A stretch of DNA of 64,000 nt from Mustelus asterias (lineage: Eukaryota): the NCBI RefSeq assembly GCF_964213995.1, contig NW_027591005.1:62001-126000 (forward strand), in the 5' to 3' direction. Of this stretch, positions 25,259 to 36,000 are shown one piece after another; the first letter of the stretch is position 1, and every line of letters starts with the position of its first letter. The notes below the pieces were generated by a model. That model did no database searches and was not told where the DNA came from. It saw nothing but the letters and a program-made list of their open reading frames with translations. Position numbers and translations under genes: made by a program.

Positions 25259-25384
25259 GATGTATAATGCAGCCTCTGTGACCAGGCCTCAATCCCAGGC
25301 CTAACCTCAGGAAGGCTTTTGTATTTAGCTTCATTCCCGAACAGTGCCTGTGTTTAAATCGATGGGACTCGACGGTCGAATAAA
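25259..25384 (+). other. Candidate terminal exon A (MYNAASVTRPQSQA-stop, AATAAA at 25379)
   Basis: ttctttgtccag acceptor; phase-2 frame ends GCC TAA at 25304; polyA signal; paralog of 27467-27575. Confidence 0.4.
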
Positions 25385-25405
25385 ACCTGCAGCAGCCACT
25401 TTAAT

Positions 25406-25855
25406 ACAAAGAACAGCACAGCACAGGAACAGGTCCTTTGGCCCTCCAAGCCTGCGCCAATCATGTTTACCTATCGAGACCAATGGCCTGTAACCCTCTA
25501 TACCCCGTTTGTTCATGTGTCTATCCAGATAAATCTTAAATGTGGCTAATGTATCTGCCTCAACCACCTCACTTGGCAGCGCATTCCAGGCCCCCACCAC
25601 CCTCTGTGTAAAAACCTTCCCCCGCACATCTCCACTCAACCTTTCCCCCTTATCTTGAACTTGTTCCCCTTGTAATTATCATTTCTGTCCTGGGAAAAAG
25701 CTCCCAACTGTTCATCCTCGCCACACCCCTCATAATTTTATAAACTTCCAGCTGGTCGTCCCTCAGCCTCTGTCTTTCCAGGGAGAACAATCCCAGTTTA
25801 TTCAATCACTCCTCACAGCCAATACCCTCCATAGCAGGCAACATCCTGGTCAACA
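25406..25855 (-). mobile_element. CR1-type LINE 3' fragment
   Basis: ORF 25331..25639 contains FTQRVVGAWNALP, the typical C-terminus of CR1 ORF2, followed by a CR1 3' tail. Confidence 0.85.
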
Positions 25856-27466
25856 CTTTCATTGGATTTGGGATGTGATTGTGGGTTTTCCTGCTATATC
25901 TCTTTCTCTTCAATCTTTCTCCCGTGATTGAGAGTTATCAGGGAGGGAGAGAGAGAGAAAGGGATGGTAACAGAGAGAGAGAGAGAAAGGGATGGTAACA
26001 GAGAGAGAGAGAGAGAGAGCAAAGGCAGAGGGGCAGGGAGAGGAGAGAGATTGGAGGGGAGTGGGTTAGCGGGTGGGGGTGGGGGAGCCTCCGCTGTGCA
26101 CTCTCAGCCCAGCCAGCTCCCCAGTCTCTGGTTAGGTGCATTAACCCACTCTGGCGCATTAACAGGCGCCAGAGTGTGGCGACTAGGAGAATTTCACAGT
26201 AACTTCATTGCAGTGTTAATGTAAGCCTTAGTTGTGACTAAGAAATAAACTTTACTTTATACTTTACTCTGAGATAAAGACCCTCACTCACAGCCTCCCA
26301 GAAGGTGGGATTTATAAACAGCGACTGTGTAACTGAGGCTGAATCTGTGCTGTTGTGTTTGAAAATATATTTTCCTCATATTTGATGTGTTGTAAAGATA
26401 TTGGAATGTGGCTGCTACCACATTGCAGTGAGAGAGAGATGTAGCTTTGCAGAAGGAGCTTCCCTCCCCATTTCCCCATGGAAATCACTGAGAAATAGCA
26501 GACGTGGCCCACAACACGTCATTATTTGAAACGGTCAGACAGAAACTTATCAGAGAGAGCATTTTAATCCCCATTCATCCCCAGATGGAGAAACAGAGCA
26601 GAGATCAGGACAGATTATCCAGAGTAGGAGAGACCGGGGCAGAGATGGGGTATTGGATATATATATAGATCTGGGGGGAAAGAAAAAGAGACACAGAGGG
26701 GGCTGGACAGGTTCAGAGATAGAGGCAGAGAAACGGGCAGAGAGAAAGAAACAGCGAGAGACAGAGGGAATGGGAGAGAGAGGTGTGACTGTGCTCGGAG
26801 TGGAAGGTTCCCTGTTCATATCGAATGTACAAACAGCCCCAATCCTGGAGTGACTCATTATTTTTATTTGGGGTGGGGGAGAGATGGAGGGTGGGGGGGA
26901 GCGAGGGAGAGAGAGGGAGAAGTGTGGTTCCATCATTGCCCACTCACTTTAGCCCAATCCTCACTTAAAATATCACTTTGTATCTGGCCCTGCTCAGACT
27001 GTGTGTGGGATCTTGCTGTGCCCTCCTCCCCACCCCATATTCTCTGCACTGTGACAGCGCCCCACACTTTAAACATGAAAAGATGGAGAGGAAGGAGGGT
27101 GGGGTAGAGAGAGAGGAACAGAGAATGGGTGGGGAGTGTCGGGGGCTCAGTGGAGGGGGGTAGGGGGATAGAGACAGAGGCTCTGGGGGTGGAGGGGGAG
27201 GTGGGTGTCCTCCTGCAGTGTGGGACTCCCTGTGGATCCTGATTGCAGCATTCCCAGTCTCTCTCTCTCCCTTTCACTGTGAAGCACTCGGGAGGGAGAG
27301 GGAGCTGAAATTCAAATTTCTGAGCCTGGGGGAAAGGCTTGTTCTCAATCCCACAGTCCTGCTTGTGTTTTTAGACAGGGCGCTGGGATTTGTGGGTGTG
27401 GATGGAGAAGATTGTTCTGTTTAACTGGGGGGTGGGAGAGAGGGGGGTTTGTTCTTTCTACCTGAG

Positions 27467-27575
27467 GAATAATGCAGCCTCTGTGACTAGAACGCACTTC
27501 ATGGCCTAAATCTCAGCAGCACTTTTGCATTCGCTTAATTCCCCTTTAAGTGGCTGAATTCAATGGTTCAATAAA
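27467..27575 (+). other. Candidate terminal exon B (NNAASVTRTHFMA-stop, AATAAA at 27570)
   Basis: ttctttctacctgag acceptor; same frame and same GCC TAA ending as exon A; polyA signal. Confidence 0.35.
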
Positions 27576-29539
27576 ATGTGAAGCAGCCACTTCAGGGTGG
27601 GATTGTGGATTTTCCTGCCCGACTTGCCCCCTCTCATTTCCCTTTTGATTGTGAGTTTTATTTTAAACGGTCAGACAGAAACTTAGAGAGAGCATTTCAA
27701 TCCAGATTCACCTCGAGGTAGAGAAACAGAGCAGAGATCAGGACAGGTTATCCAGAGACGGGGTATTGGACAGATATAGATCTGGGGGAAGTGTGTAGGA
27801 GACGGAGAGGGAGAAACAGAGGGGGGGGGGGGGGAGAGGTGACTGACAGAAGTGGGAACTTCATTGGGGCCTCCTGTGTTTATTCACTGGCCTGTCTCTG
27901 GAGTAAAGCCCCCAGAATGGTTTGATGTGTTTAATAAATTCAATATCGGGACAGTCAGGAGGCAGTTCATTGCATTTGAAACGTGTTCCCATTTTGTCAG
28001 GGTTTAATAATGAGGAGGTGAAAATGAATGTTTCCCCCACCCCCCCCCCAGTGAGATTGTGAATTTCAGCAAGTCCTGGGATCTTGCTGTGCCTTTTATT
28101 GTTTTTAATCAGCTTTTGTTTTGTGTTTAATCAAATTTCACTTTATTTTCTCTTTCTCTCTTCCAAGGAGAATTCCTTTGGAAACTTTGGCGATGCAGAG
28201 AGCGAATAGTTTTGCCATGAGGAATCCTCGGACAAGAGCTATAACCAGAGAGAAAAATATTAATAAAAGTCCCCGTGTCTTTGTCGTTCATTTTTATACA
28301 CAGATAGACTGGTGGGGCTTTTACACTGAGGGTTAGTGGTCTGTGTGTCAGGGGGAGGGGGTATTCCCAGTGATCCCTGCTCCAATGTAATCCCACAGAT
28401 TTCAATCCCTCTCCCTGAAGCTCTGTCTGTGCAACTCCCCCATCCTCAGAACTGTTTCTCCACATCTTTCCAATCCCTGTCTCTCCTCATCCTTTATACC
28501 TCAGCCTCTCACAATGGCAGCATCTTTCCCCTGTCTTTCACTCTCTCTGAAACGTTGTCACTCTGTCTTGCCAAAGCCCCACTTACTACTTATCTCCACA
28601 TCTCACTTTGTATCTCAGCCTCTCTGGACATCTCCCTCTCTCTCTGTGGATCATTTTATCTCAATCACAGCAGCCTCCTCTCCGTCTCTCTCTCTATCTC
28701 TGCTCCCCCCTCTGTCTATCTCTGCTCCCTCTCTGTGACTCATTCTGTCTGAAGTACAGCAGCATTCTCTCTCACTCCCCATCTCTATATCTTTTCACAA
28801 TAACTTCATTGCAGTGTTAATGTAAGCCTACTTGTGATTAACAAATAAAATTTTAACTTTAACTCTACTTTTGTCTCTTATCTCTCTCTCTATCGCTTCC
28901 CTCTCTCTATCTGCTTCCCCCTCTCTCTGATCTCTGCTTCCCCCTCTGTGAATCAGTCTGAATTACAGTCGCATCCTCCCCATCTCCATCTCTCTGATCT
29001 CTGCTTCCCCCTCTCTGTGAATCATTCTGTCTGAATTACAGCAGCATTCTCTCTATCTCCATCTCTATATCTCTGCTTCTCTGTCTCTTATATCTCTCTC
29101 TCTGCTCTCTCGTGGGGGACGGGCCAGATCACGGGTTTGCTGTTCACAAGCAGCAAAGGCCCAGGAACGCAGAGGGAGGGAATCAGGGGCAATTCAGAGG
29201 GATCCAGCACTGCTGAAAGGGGGGAGTGTGTAATACAGGGGCTTGTTCAGAGCCGGGGCTATTAGACAGAGAGGGAAGGGGCCGGTGGGGGAGGCTGTTG
29301 TACAAGAGCGGGAAAAATTATAACACAGGCTGACCAGAGTCAGGGGTTATCAGAGAAAGGGGGCAATGGAGGAGGGGAGGGGGAATCAGACAGGGGGTCT
29401 GTTGTACAGGATGGGGGTGGGGGATGTTATAACACAGGCTGCTCAGTGTCAAGGGAATTAGTCATTTGAACGTTAATGTTTAAAATGGGCAGAGTTTCCA
29501 CATCCAACTCCACCAGGAGCTGTTTACAGGGGGGTGGTG

Positions 29540-31050
29540 GACGGGGATGGACGCGCGGAGGGGGGGGGGGGGGGGGGGGTACTAATTAGAAAGGGGGGGA
29601 TCTGTCAGTCCAGAGGCTGTTCACAGGGAGGGAGTGGGAATTTGCCAGGTTGAGAGGGGCGGGGGGGGGAAAGAGGGGAACTTAGAGGGATACGGGGCTC
29701 AGAGGGAAGGATCGGGAGATTTAGAGGGATTGTGAGGAGGGACGACAGATTTGGCTGGAGTGGGGGGGGGATTGAGGAGGATTAAAGGGGGAGAGTGGAG
29801 AGGGATGTAGGGGGAGACTCAGGGATTGTGGTCGGGAATTAGAGGGATTCAGGGGGATTTAAGGGTCTCATGGGGACTTTGGGATTTAGCGGGGCTGAGA
29901 GGGAGGGAATCGGGGGGAATTCGGGAAGAGGGGGCTCAGAGGGGGATTTCTGGGGTTCTGAGGGATACAGGAGGGATTGGGGGGTTTACGGGGATTAAAA
30001 GACATGGTTTGGTGCTCAGACAGATAGAAGGGGTGGGATTGGAGAGGGAGCAGGATTCGGGGGCAGAGGAATGTGGCGAGGGTGGGTGCGATCTCGGGAG
30101 ACATTCAGGGGGGATTCCAGAGGAATCTCAGGGGCTTAGAATCTGGGGAGGGTCTGGATGGGGTAGGGAGTCAGAGGGAGTTAGCAGGGGGGCGAGTCGG
30201 GGTGGAGGGAAAGGGATTGAGGGCGGGGTGGATTTATAGGGATTTGGGAGGGGGGAAATTCAGAGAGGGATTTAGGGTGGGGCCTTGCATCAGGGTTAGA
30301 ATTGGGGGGGTGTCGAGCGATTCGGAGTGGGGGGGTGACTCAGAGGGATTCAGGGGTGGGGAGGACTGAGGAAGGATTGGGTGGCTTGATTTTGGCAGGG
30401 GGGGGGGCAAAGGGAGCCTTTGGGGGGGGGGGGCTGAGGATTTGGGGCAGGAACTTGGAGGATTCAGGGGGCTGAGAGTCAGATTGGCAGTGGGTGTCAG
30501 AGAGATTGAGCGGGGGGAGGGGGTGCTTACAGAGTCGGATTAAAGGAGATCGGGCAGAGGGACAGGGAATCAGGTGGGGGAAAGAGGAGTTTTGGGGGGG
30601 AATTAGTGGAGATTGAGGGCAGCGGGTTGAGAAGGATTGGGAGTGGCTCAGAGGGCTTTGGCGGTGAGTTCCTGAGAGAGAGTGAGTGGGGGGGTGATTA
30701 GAGTGGGATTGGAGAAGATTGGGCAGAGAGGATCGGGGGGAGGGGCCGAGAGAGATTGGGCAGCAGGGAGGGTTAGAGGCGTTGAAGTGGAGGGATTTAG
30801 AGTGGGTTTCTGGAGTGGGGAATTAAGGAGGGGTTTGGGGGGGAGGGGAATTTGGGGGTGAGAGACTGAGGGTGGCGGGTTTAAAAGGATTGGGAGTGGG
30901 TTCAGGAGAAGGGTTCGGGGGGGATTGAGCTGAGAGAGGAATCTGTAGGGCATTGGCAGGAAGGGGAGGGGGGGGGAGATTCAGCAGCGTTTTTGTGTCT
31001 GGTGGGAACAGCTGGAGACGGGAAGCGGGGGGGGGGCGCAAGTCGGGGGG
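29540..31050 (+). repeat. Strand-asymmetric G-rich low-complexity region (degenerate GGGATT / TTAGAGGG motifs)
   Basis: Very high G and low C on the plus strand, with many G4-G20 runs. Confidence 0.75.
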
Positions 31051-31717
31051 GGCGCAATTCGGGGGGGGGCGCAATTCGGGGGGGGGCGCAATTCGGGGGG
31101 GGGCGCAATTCGGGGGGGGCGCAATTCGGGGGGGGCGCAATTCGGGGGGGCCGCAATTCGGGGGGGCCGCAATTCGGGGGGGGCCGCAATTCGGGGGGGG
31201 CCGCAATTCGGGGTGGGGGCAATTCGGGGGGGGGCAATTCGGGGGGGGGCAATTCGGGGGGGGGGCAATTCGGGGGGGGGCAATTCGGGGGGGGGCAATT
31301 CGGGGGGGGGGCAATTCGGGGGGGGGCAATTCGGGGGGGGGCAATTCGGGGGGGGGCAATTCGGGGGGGGGCAATTCGGGGGGGGGCAATTCGGGGGGGG
31401 GCAATTCGGGGGGGGGCAATTCGGGGGGGGGCAATTCGGGGGGGGGCAATTCGGGGGGGGGCAATTCGGGGGGGGGCAATTCGGGGGGGGGCAATTCGGG
31501 GGGGGGCAATTCGGGGGGGGGCAATTCGGGGGGGGGCAATTCGGGGGGGGGCAATTCGGGGGGGGGCAATTCGGGGGGGGGCAATTCGGGGGGGGGCAAT
31601 TCGGGGGGGGGCAATTCGGGGGGGGGCAATTCGGGGGGGGGCAATTCGGGGGGGGGCAATTCGGGGGGGGGCAATTCGGGGGGGGGCAATTCGGGGGGGG
31701 GCAATTCGGGGGGGGGC
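31050..31717 (+). repeat. Tandem repeat (GGGGGGGGGCAATTC)n, 15-bp unit
   Basis: About 26 perfect units from ~31320, preceded by GCGCAATTC/GCCGCAATTC variants; this repeat generates all the Pro/Gly ORFs at 30.8-31.9 kb. Confidence 0.97.
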
Positions 31718-31940
31718 AAGTCTCAATAAGGTCACATCGCATGCTTCTAAACTCCACTAAGTAGAGGCCCAACATACTCAAACTCTCCGAAAAAACATAT
31801 CCATACCTGGGATCAAAGGAGTGGCCTTCCCTGAACTGCCTCCAATGCCAGTATAGGTTTCCTAATGTAAGGGGACAGTGTTCCAGATGTGGTCTAAATC
31901 GTACCTTGTATAGTTTTAGCAAGATTATTAGTTTTAACAA
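31718..31940 (-). mobile_element. Degenerate CR1 LINE fragment
   Basis: Translation LYKVRFRPHLEHC...LGLYLVEFRSMRCDLIET matches CR1 ORF2 motifs seen elsewhere in the window. Confidence 0.7.
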
Positions 31941-32273
31941 AGACAAGCTTGAAAATGAAATATATGTAGATAATTACTCAAATCAGTGGGCATTTGACTC
32001 AACCTGCTAAATGGGCATTTTCTATCCTATTAGTAACCCAATTTCAGTTCGATGTCACATCACTGATGCCTAATGTTTCAACTGGTGTTGATGACACGGC
32101 TTAATGAACAGTGAGCTGAACTCGATACTCGGTGCCTAATAGCTTAATTGATTGGTGCAATGGCTTCTCCTTCATTCCAAGCACTGCCTTGGCTCTTTAC
32201 CGGCCTTTCACCCGACACCATTCAGCAGAAATCTGTATCTAATGGGAGGAAATGAAGGTGGACTCGCACTTAC

Positions 32274-32336
32274 TTGGCACAACCTGCAGTCGGGTGCCGC
32301 TGCCGAATATCAGTTTTTCATTATCAGCAATATACA
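32274..32336 (-). CDS. TRDJ: TCR-type J segment (J3): YIADNEKLIFGSGTRLQVVP
   Basis: FGxG motif; phase-1 GTAAGT donor at 32273-32268; preceded by a 12-RSS. Confidence 0.9.
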
Positions 32337-32364
32337 CACAGTGACTATTGCCCAAGCAGAAAGC
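32337..32364 (-). other. 12-spacer RSS of J3
   Basis: Plus strand reads CACAGTG, 12 nt (actattgcccaa), GCAGAAAGC. Confidence 0.88.
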
Positions 32365-32828
32365 TTCCACTGGGGCAGGCCACAGAGACTTCAGCTATTT
32401 CAAAACCCTGGGGAGTACATGCTCTTAGCATAATTTTATGACCGATCTGCCCTCAAAACAGGTGCGACCGATTAAATAGCAAATTAGAAAGAGACAATTC
32501 TGGATAAACTGTGTACGTCTGGCAGCACGTGTAGAGAGAGAAACAAAGCTAATAATCCTGCTATCCCGGAATCAGTCTGGCATTAGGAAATATTGTTTTC
32601 TTTTTTAAAAAAAAGTTGGATCACTATTCTTTGAAGTATTGTGGTATCAATAGTTGGTACGTGTGAGATACTTAGTTGTGTGAGGAACTTCTTTATGTGC
32701 AAGTGGAAAAGGACACATTCCTTCATCATTGTATAATTCATCAGGTTCGTTTGTCACAATGGCAAATTTTCTCCCCACTTTTGCAATGAGGCCAAAAACT
32801 TCTGAGTGCAAAATGAATCTTCTCAAAT

Positions 32829-33166
32829 TCATAGATCATAGAATCCCTACAGTGTAGAAGGAGGCCATTCGGCCCATCGAGTCTGCACCGACAACAATCC
32901 CACCCCAGGACCTATTCCCACAAATTTACCCCACTAATCCCTCTAACCTACACATTCCCTGACACTAATGGGCAATTCAGCATGACCAATAAAAATAGCC
33001 CGCACATCTTTGGACTGTGAGAGGAACCAGAGAATCTGGCGGAAACCCACGCAGACACGGGGAGAACGTGCAACCTCCACACAGACAGTAACCCAAGCCT
33101 GGATTCGAACCTGGATTGCTGGAGCTGTGAGGCAGCAGTGCTAACCACTGTGCCACCGTGCCACCC
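32829..33166 (-). mobile_element. HE1-like SINE between J2 and J3
   Basis: SINE head and tail match the other copies. Confidence 0.88.
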
Positions 33167-33194
33167 GTAATTGATGCCAATAGATTCTACTCAC

Positions 33195-33258
33195 TTGGCT
33201 CCACGCTCAATTTGGTTCCACCACCGCATATTAATGGTCTGTAAGAAGCACGAGCGTA
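33195..33258 (-). CDS. TRDJ: TCR-type J segment (J2) with non-canonical CGGG motif: YARASYRPLICGGGTKLSVEP
   Basis: xGxGT-L-VEP pattern; GTGAGT donor at 33194-33189; open frame; preceded by a degenerate 12-RSS. Confidence 0.82.
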
Positions 33259-33286
33259 CACTGCGATTACTCTCCATGTCAGAACC
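33259..33286 (-). other. 12-spacer RSS of J2 (degenerate)
   Basis: Plus strand reads CACTGCG, 12 nt (attactctccat), GTCAGAACC. Confidence 0.7.
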
Positions 33287-33717
33287 TAAAGACATGGAGC
33301 ATGCATGCCAAAATTCAAAAAGGGCTTTAGTCATTGCTCAGGGCAGTTAAGCAGGTCTCGCTACAGAATACTATTTCCTGCAGTTTGTTTGGATCAAAAG
33401 TTAGTCAGAAACCTTTACAATCTTCCAAGTCATCCATCTCTTAATTTCCCAGGAAAATAAGTCAGAGCGTGACTGGCTGGGAGTTCTCAATGTACACATC
33501 CAAGCGAGGTAACACGTGCAGAGAATTCCCTGGCTCACTTTCGAACGGAATTTTCAAATCCATACAAAAATGCTGCTTTTGGGATTTCGTTCAGTATTGG
33601 AACTAAAGGAAATCTACACCATTGAGCCCCAACCCACCCCCTCCCCCCAATCCCAACTCACCCCACCTTTATAAGTGTAACTCAGAACTGTGATTTTGAT
33701 GCCAGAAGGCTGCATAG

Positions 33718-33856
33718 ATGATTGCAGTCCTAATTCTGGGTTCCATTGAAATAGGTAACACAAACATGACTTTGCATTTCAGACAGGTTCCCTACCACTA
33801 GAATTCATACACAATAATGGATTCATTTGCACACTGAAGTGATATTTGAAATATTC
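33718..33856 (+). repeat. Left arm of ~140-bp inverted repeat (partner 36001-36140)
   Basis: attctgggttccattgaaat...acacaaacatgactttgcatttcagacaggttcccta...atggattcatttgcacactgaagt is the reverse complement of 36001-36140. Confidence 0.9.
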
Positions 33857-33879
33857 TTTATTCATAGTCTGAGGCAAAG

Positions 33880-34230
33880 ATTCATAAAGTCAGAGAAGTC
33901 CACTGCACAGAAAACGCCCTTGGGCCTATCATGTCTCCGCCGGTCAAAGACAAACCAAATAACTATTCTAATCCCATTTTCCAGCACTTGGCCCATTGCC
34001 GTGTATGATATGACATCACAAATGTATATCTAAATACTTCTTAAATGTTGAGAGGGTCTCGGCCTCCATCACCATTTCAGGCAGTGAGTCCCAGACGCCC
34101 ATCACCCTTTGGGTCAAAACGTTTTCTTCACATCCCCGCTAAATCTCCTGCCCCTACCTTAAATCTATGTCCCTGGCTGCTCTCTGCTCTCTCAAGTAAC
34201 GGGAAAAGTATCTTCCTGTCTTCTCTATCT
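33880..34230 (-). mobile_element. Degenerate CR1 LINE 3' fragment
   Basis: Similar to the CR1 tails at 49540-49917 and 25406-25855. Confidence 0.65.
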
Positions 34231-34595
34231 ATGCCACTCATTACGCTGAAGGGCTTTTTCCAGTGCTGTCTCCTTCTATGACCCTATGACTCTATCTGGG
34301 TGAGTCTCTTCCAGCTATTTATCGAGGTGTCACTTAATTGCACTACATACAGCCAGATCATTGACATATCTCACTGTTGGCAGCGCACTTGTGTTGTCAT
34401 GATAGAGGCCAGTTAAATGTTTAAAGGAAATACTTCGGAAAATCTAAGTGCCCAGTCAAGCTACGCTTCCAATTCCCAAAGATCCCTGCTCATCCATAAA
34501 ACAACAGTGATCATTAAAATAATTGTATGTCTCAATTAAGTCACAGGGGATAAAATAACATGTTGAGAGATCATTATCCAGGATTAGTTACTTAC

Positions 34596-34655
34596 TGGGT
34601 TCCACAATCAGCCTGGTCCCGTTGCCAAAGATGAGCTTAGCCTTTTCATATGTTG
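34596..34655 (-). CDS. TRDJ: TCR-delta-type J segment (J1): TYEKAKLIFGNGTRLIVEP
   Basis: KLIFGxGTRLxVEP closely resembles vertebrate TRDJ (human TRDJ1 is TDKLIFGKGTRVTVEP); GTAAGT donor at 34595-34590. Confidence 0.92.
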
Positions 34656-34683
34656 CACAGGGTTTGATCCAATAAGAAGATCT
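34656..34683 (-). other. 12-spacer RSS of J1 (weak nonamer)
   Basis: Plus strand reads CACAGGG, 12 nt (tttgatccaata), AGAAGATCT. Confidence 0.7.
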
Positions 34684-34865
34684 ATTGCGGTCCCGTTCAC
34701 CACCCTTTCTCTCTGTCGTGTGTCCGACTGATTTGATTAGGGTTGGGTCAGACCAGTAATATGATAAACTCGGTCAACATCACGGTGGGGATGGGGGTCA
34801 GCGGCTGGGAGTGGGCTGAGAGGGGTGCTATTGAGAGAGGTTGGTGCACTCCTGTGAGGCTGGGA

Positions 34866-34904
34866 GGTTATTGTACGGGCGTTAAGGGAGATTCAGCTAC
34901 TGTG
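34866..34904 (-). other. 3' 23-spacer RSS of the D segment
   Basis: Plus strand reads GGTTATTGT, 23 nt, TACTGTG (minus strand CACAGTA-23-ACAATAACC). Confidence 0.92.
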
Positions 34905-34922
34905 GCTCCACCGTATATCCCC
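34905..34922 (-). CDS. TRDD: TCR-delta-type D segment GGGGATATACGGTGGAGC
   Basis: 18 nt between a 12-RSS and a 23-RSS; open in all three frames (GDIRWS / GIYGG / GYTVE); GGGGATA core resembles vertebrate TRDD. Confidence 0.92.
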
Positions 34923-34950
34923 CACAGTGATACATGCCAGCACAAAAACT
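34923..34950 (-). other. 5' 12-spacer RSS of the D segment
   Basis: Plus strand reads CACAGTG, 12 nt (atacatgccagc), ACAAAAACT. Confidence 0.95.
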
Positions 34951-35529
34951 CGTCAGCAGCTGTTGCTGCTGCTGCTTTCAGATGTATAACGTCACCTCCG
35001 AGAGCAGAATCTCGCTGATAAATGCAGACATCAATTCCACTCCTATAAAACCCGAGTAAAACGGTCCATAGGATTTCACACGAGCGCTGGCTAAAAAAAT
35101 ATTTTGCACAGAGAAGCTATGGGGTTAGATGACCAGCAGGATGTTTTGAGGGTGAGGTAAGATTTCAGGAACATTGTTAAAGGAATGGAGGTAGGTAAAC
35201 AGAGCAGGTGGACGGGGGCGGCGGTGAGTGGTTAACGTCGAGAATTCTCCAGCTCAGGTACAAGGCTCTTGAAGGCACGCTCGCGGATTGAGGGGCCCAG
35301 AGGAATTACGGACACTTTCAAAAGGCTAAAACTGGAGCAACAACAGACTGAAAGGCATACAGGTTGGAGAAGGTTACAAAGATGGTGAGAAGAGCAAGTA
35401 TCGAGGGATTTGATGAGAATGACGGGAATCCCGATGTTTACCCAGAAGCCAATATGGTTTTGGTTTTTACTAAGTATGTAATGGAATGACTTTGTCGCTG
35501 ACATTCCCAATTGCCCTGAACTGAATGGA

Positions 35530-35860
35530 TTCGAACTACAAAGGGCCATGAACGAAGCCCAGTCGGTCAAGCAAACCAGCCTCCCATCCATTGAAACAGT
35601 CTACACTTCCTGCTGCCTCGAAAAAGCAGCCAGCATAATCAAGGAACCCACACACCCCGGATGTACTCTCTTCCAATTTCTTCCGTCGGGAAAGGAATAC
35701 AAAAGTTTGAGGACACATAACAACCGACTCAAGAACACCTTCTTTCCTGCTCCAATCAGACTCTTGAATGGACTTACCTTGCACTAAGTTGAACTTAGTC
35801 TATGACTGTAAAAATGCATTCTGCACTGTCTCCGTTCCTTCTCTATGAACGGTATGTTTG
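35530..35860 (+). mobile_element. Rex1/Babar-type LINE 3' fragment
   Basis: ORF 35548 reads LPSIETVYTSCCLEKAASIIKEPTHPG...LFQFLPSG...RLKNTFFP, typical of this clade's ORF2 C-terminus. Confidence 0.7.
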
Positions 35861-35867
35861 TGAGCAT

Positions 35868-35960
35868 TTCTCCACTCCACCTGACGAAGGGGCAGCGCTC
35901 CGAAAGCTAGTGGCATTTGCTACCAAATAAACCTGTTGGACTTTAACCTGGTGTTGTTAA
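35868..35960 (+). mobile_element. Penelope-like element terminal fragment
   Basis: ccacctgacgaaggggcagcgctccgaaagctagtg...aaataaacctgttggactttaacctggtgttgt, a motif typical of Penelope pseudo-LTR ends. Confidence 0.7.
35877..35913 (+). ncRNA. Minimal type I hammerhead ribozyme motif
   Basis: Helix I CCAC/GTGG; core CTGACGA; helix II GGGGC-AGC-GCTCC; GAAA; palindromic AGCT helix III; CUA cleavage triplet. Confidence 0.7.
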
Positions 35961-36000
35961 ATTTCTTTCTATGAATCTTTGCCATCAGGCTACCACCAGA

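Noticed and set aside
21061-28095. Recurrent motif TGTGGGATCTTGCTGTG (about 7 copies) as a novel regulatory element
   Set aside because: It resembles a fragment of a common shark interspersed repeat carried by local duplications; no regular spacing and no other support.
29540-31717. Immunoglobulin class-switch region or telomere
   Set aside because: The G-rich strand is the wrong one relative to V-D-J transcription, there is no AGCT enrichment, and there is no tandem TTAGGG.
30823-31946. Pro-rich and Gly-rich ORFs in all six frames
   Set aside because: A 15-bp stop-free tandem unit is open in every frame.
34430-34510. Possible fourth, relic J (minus strand ATC TTT GGG AAT after cactgtt)
   Set aside because: It needs a frameshift to give FGxG and has no convincing nonamer or splice donor.
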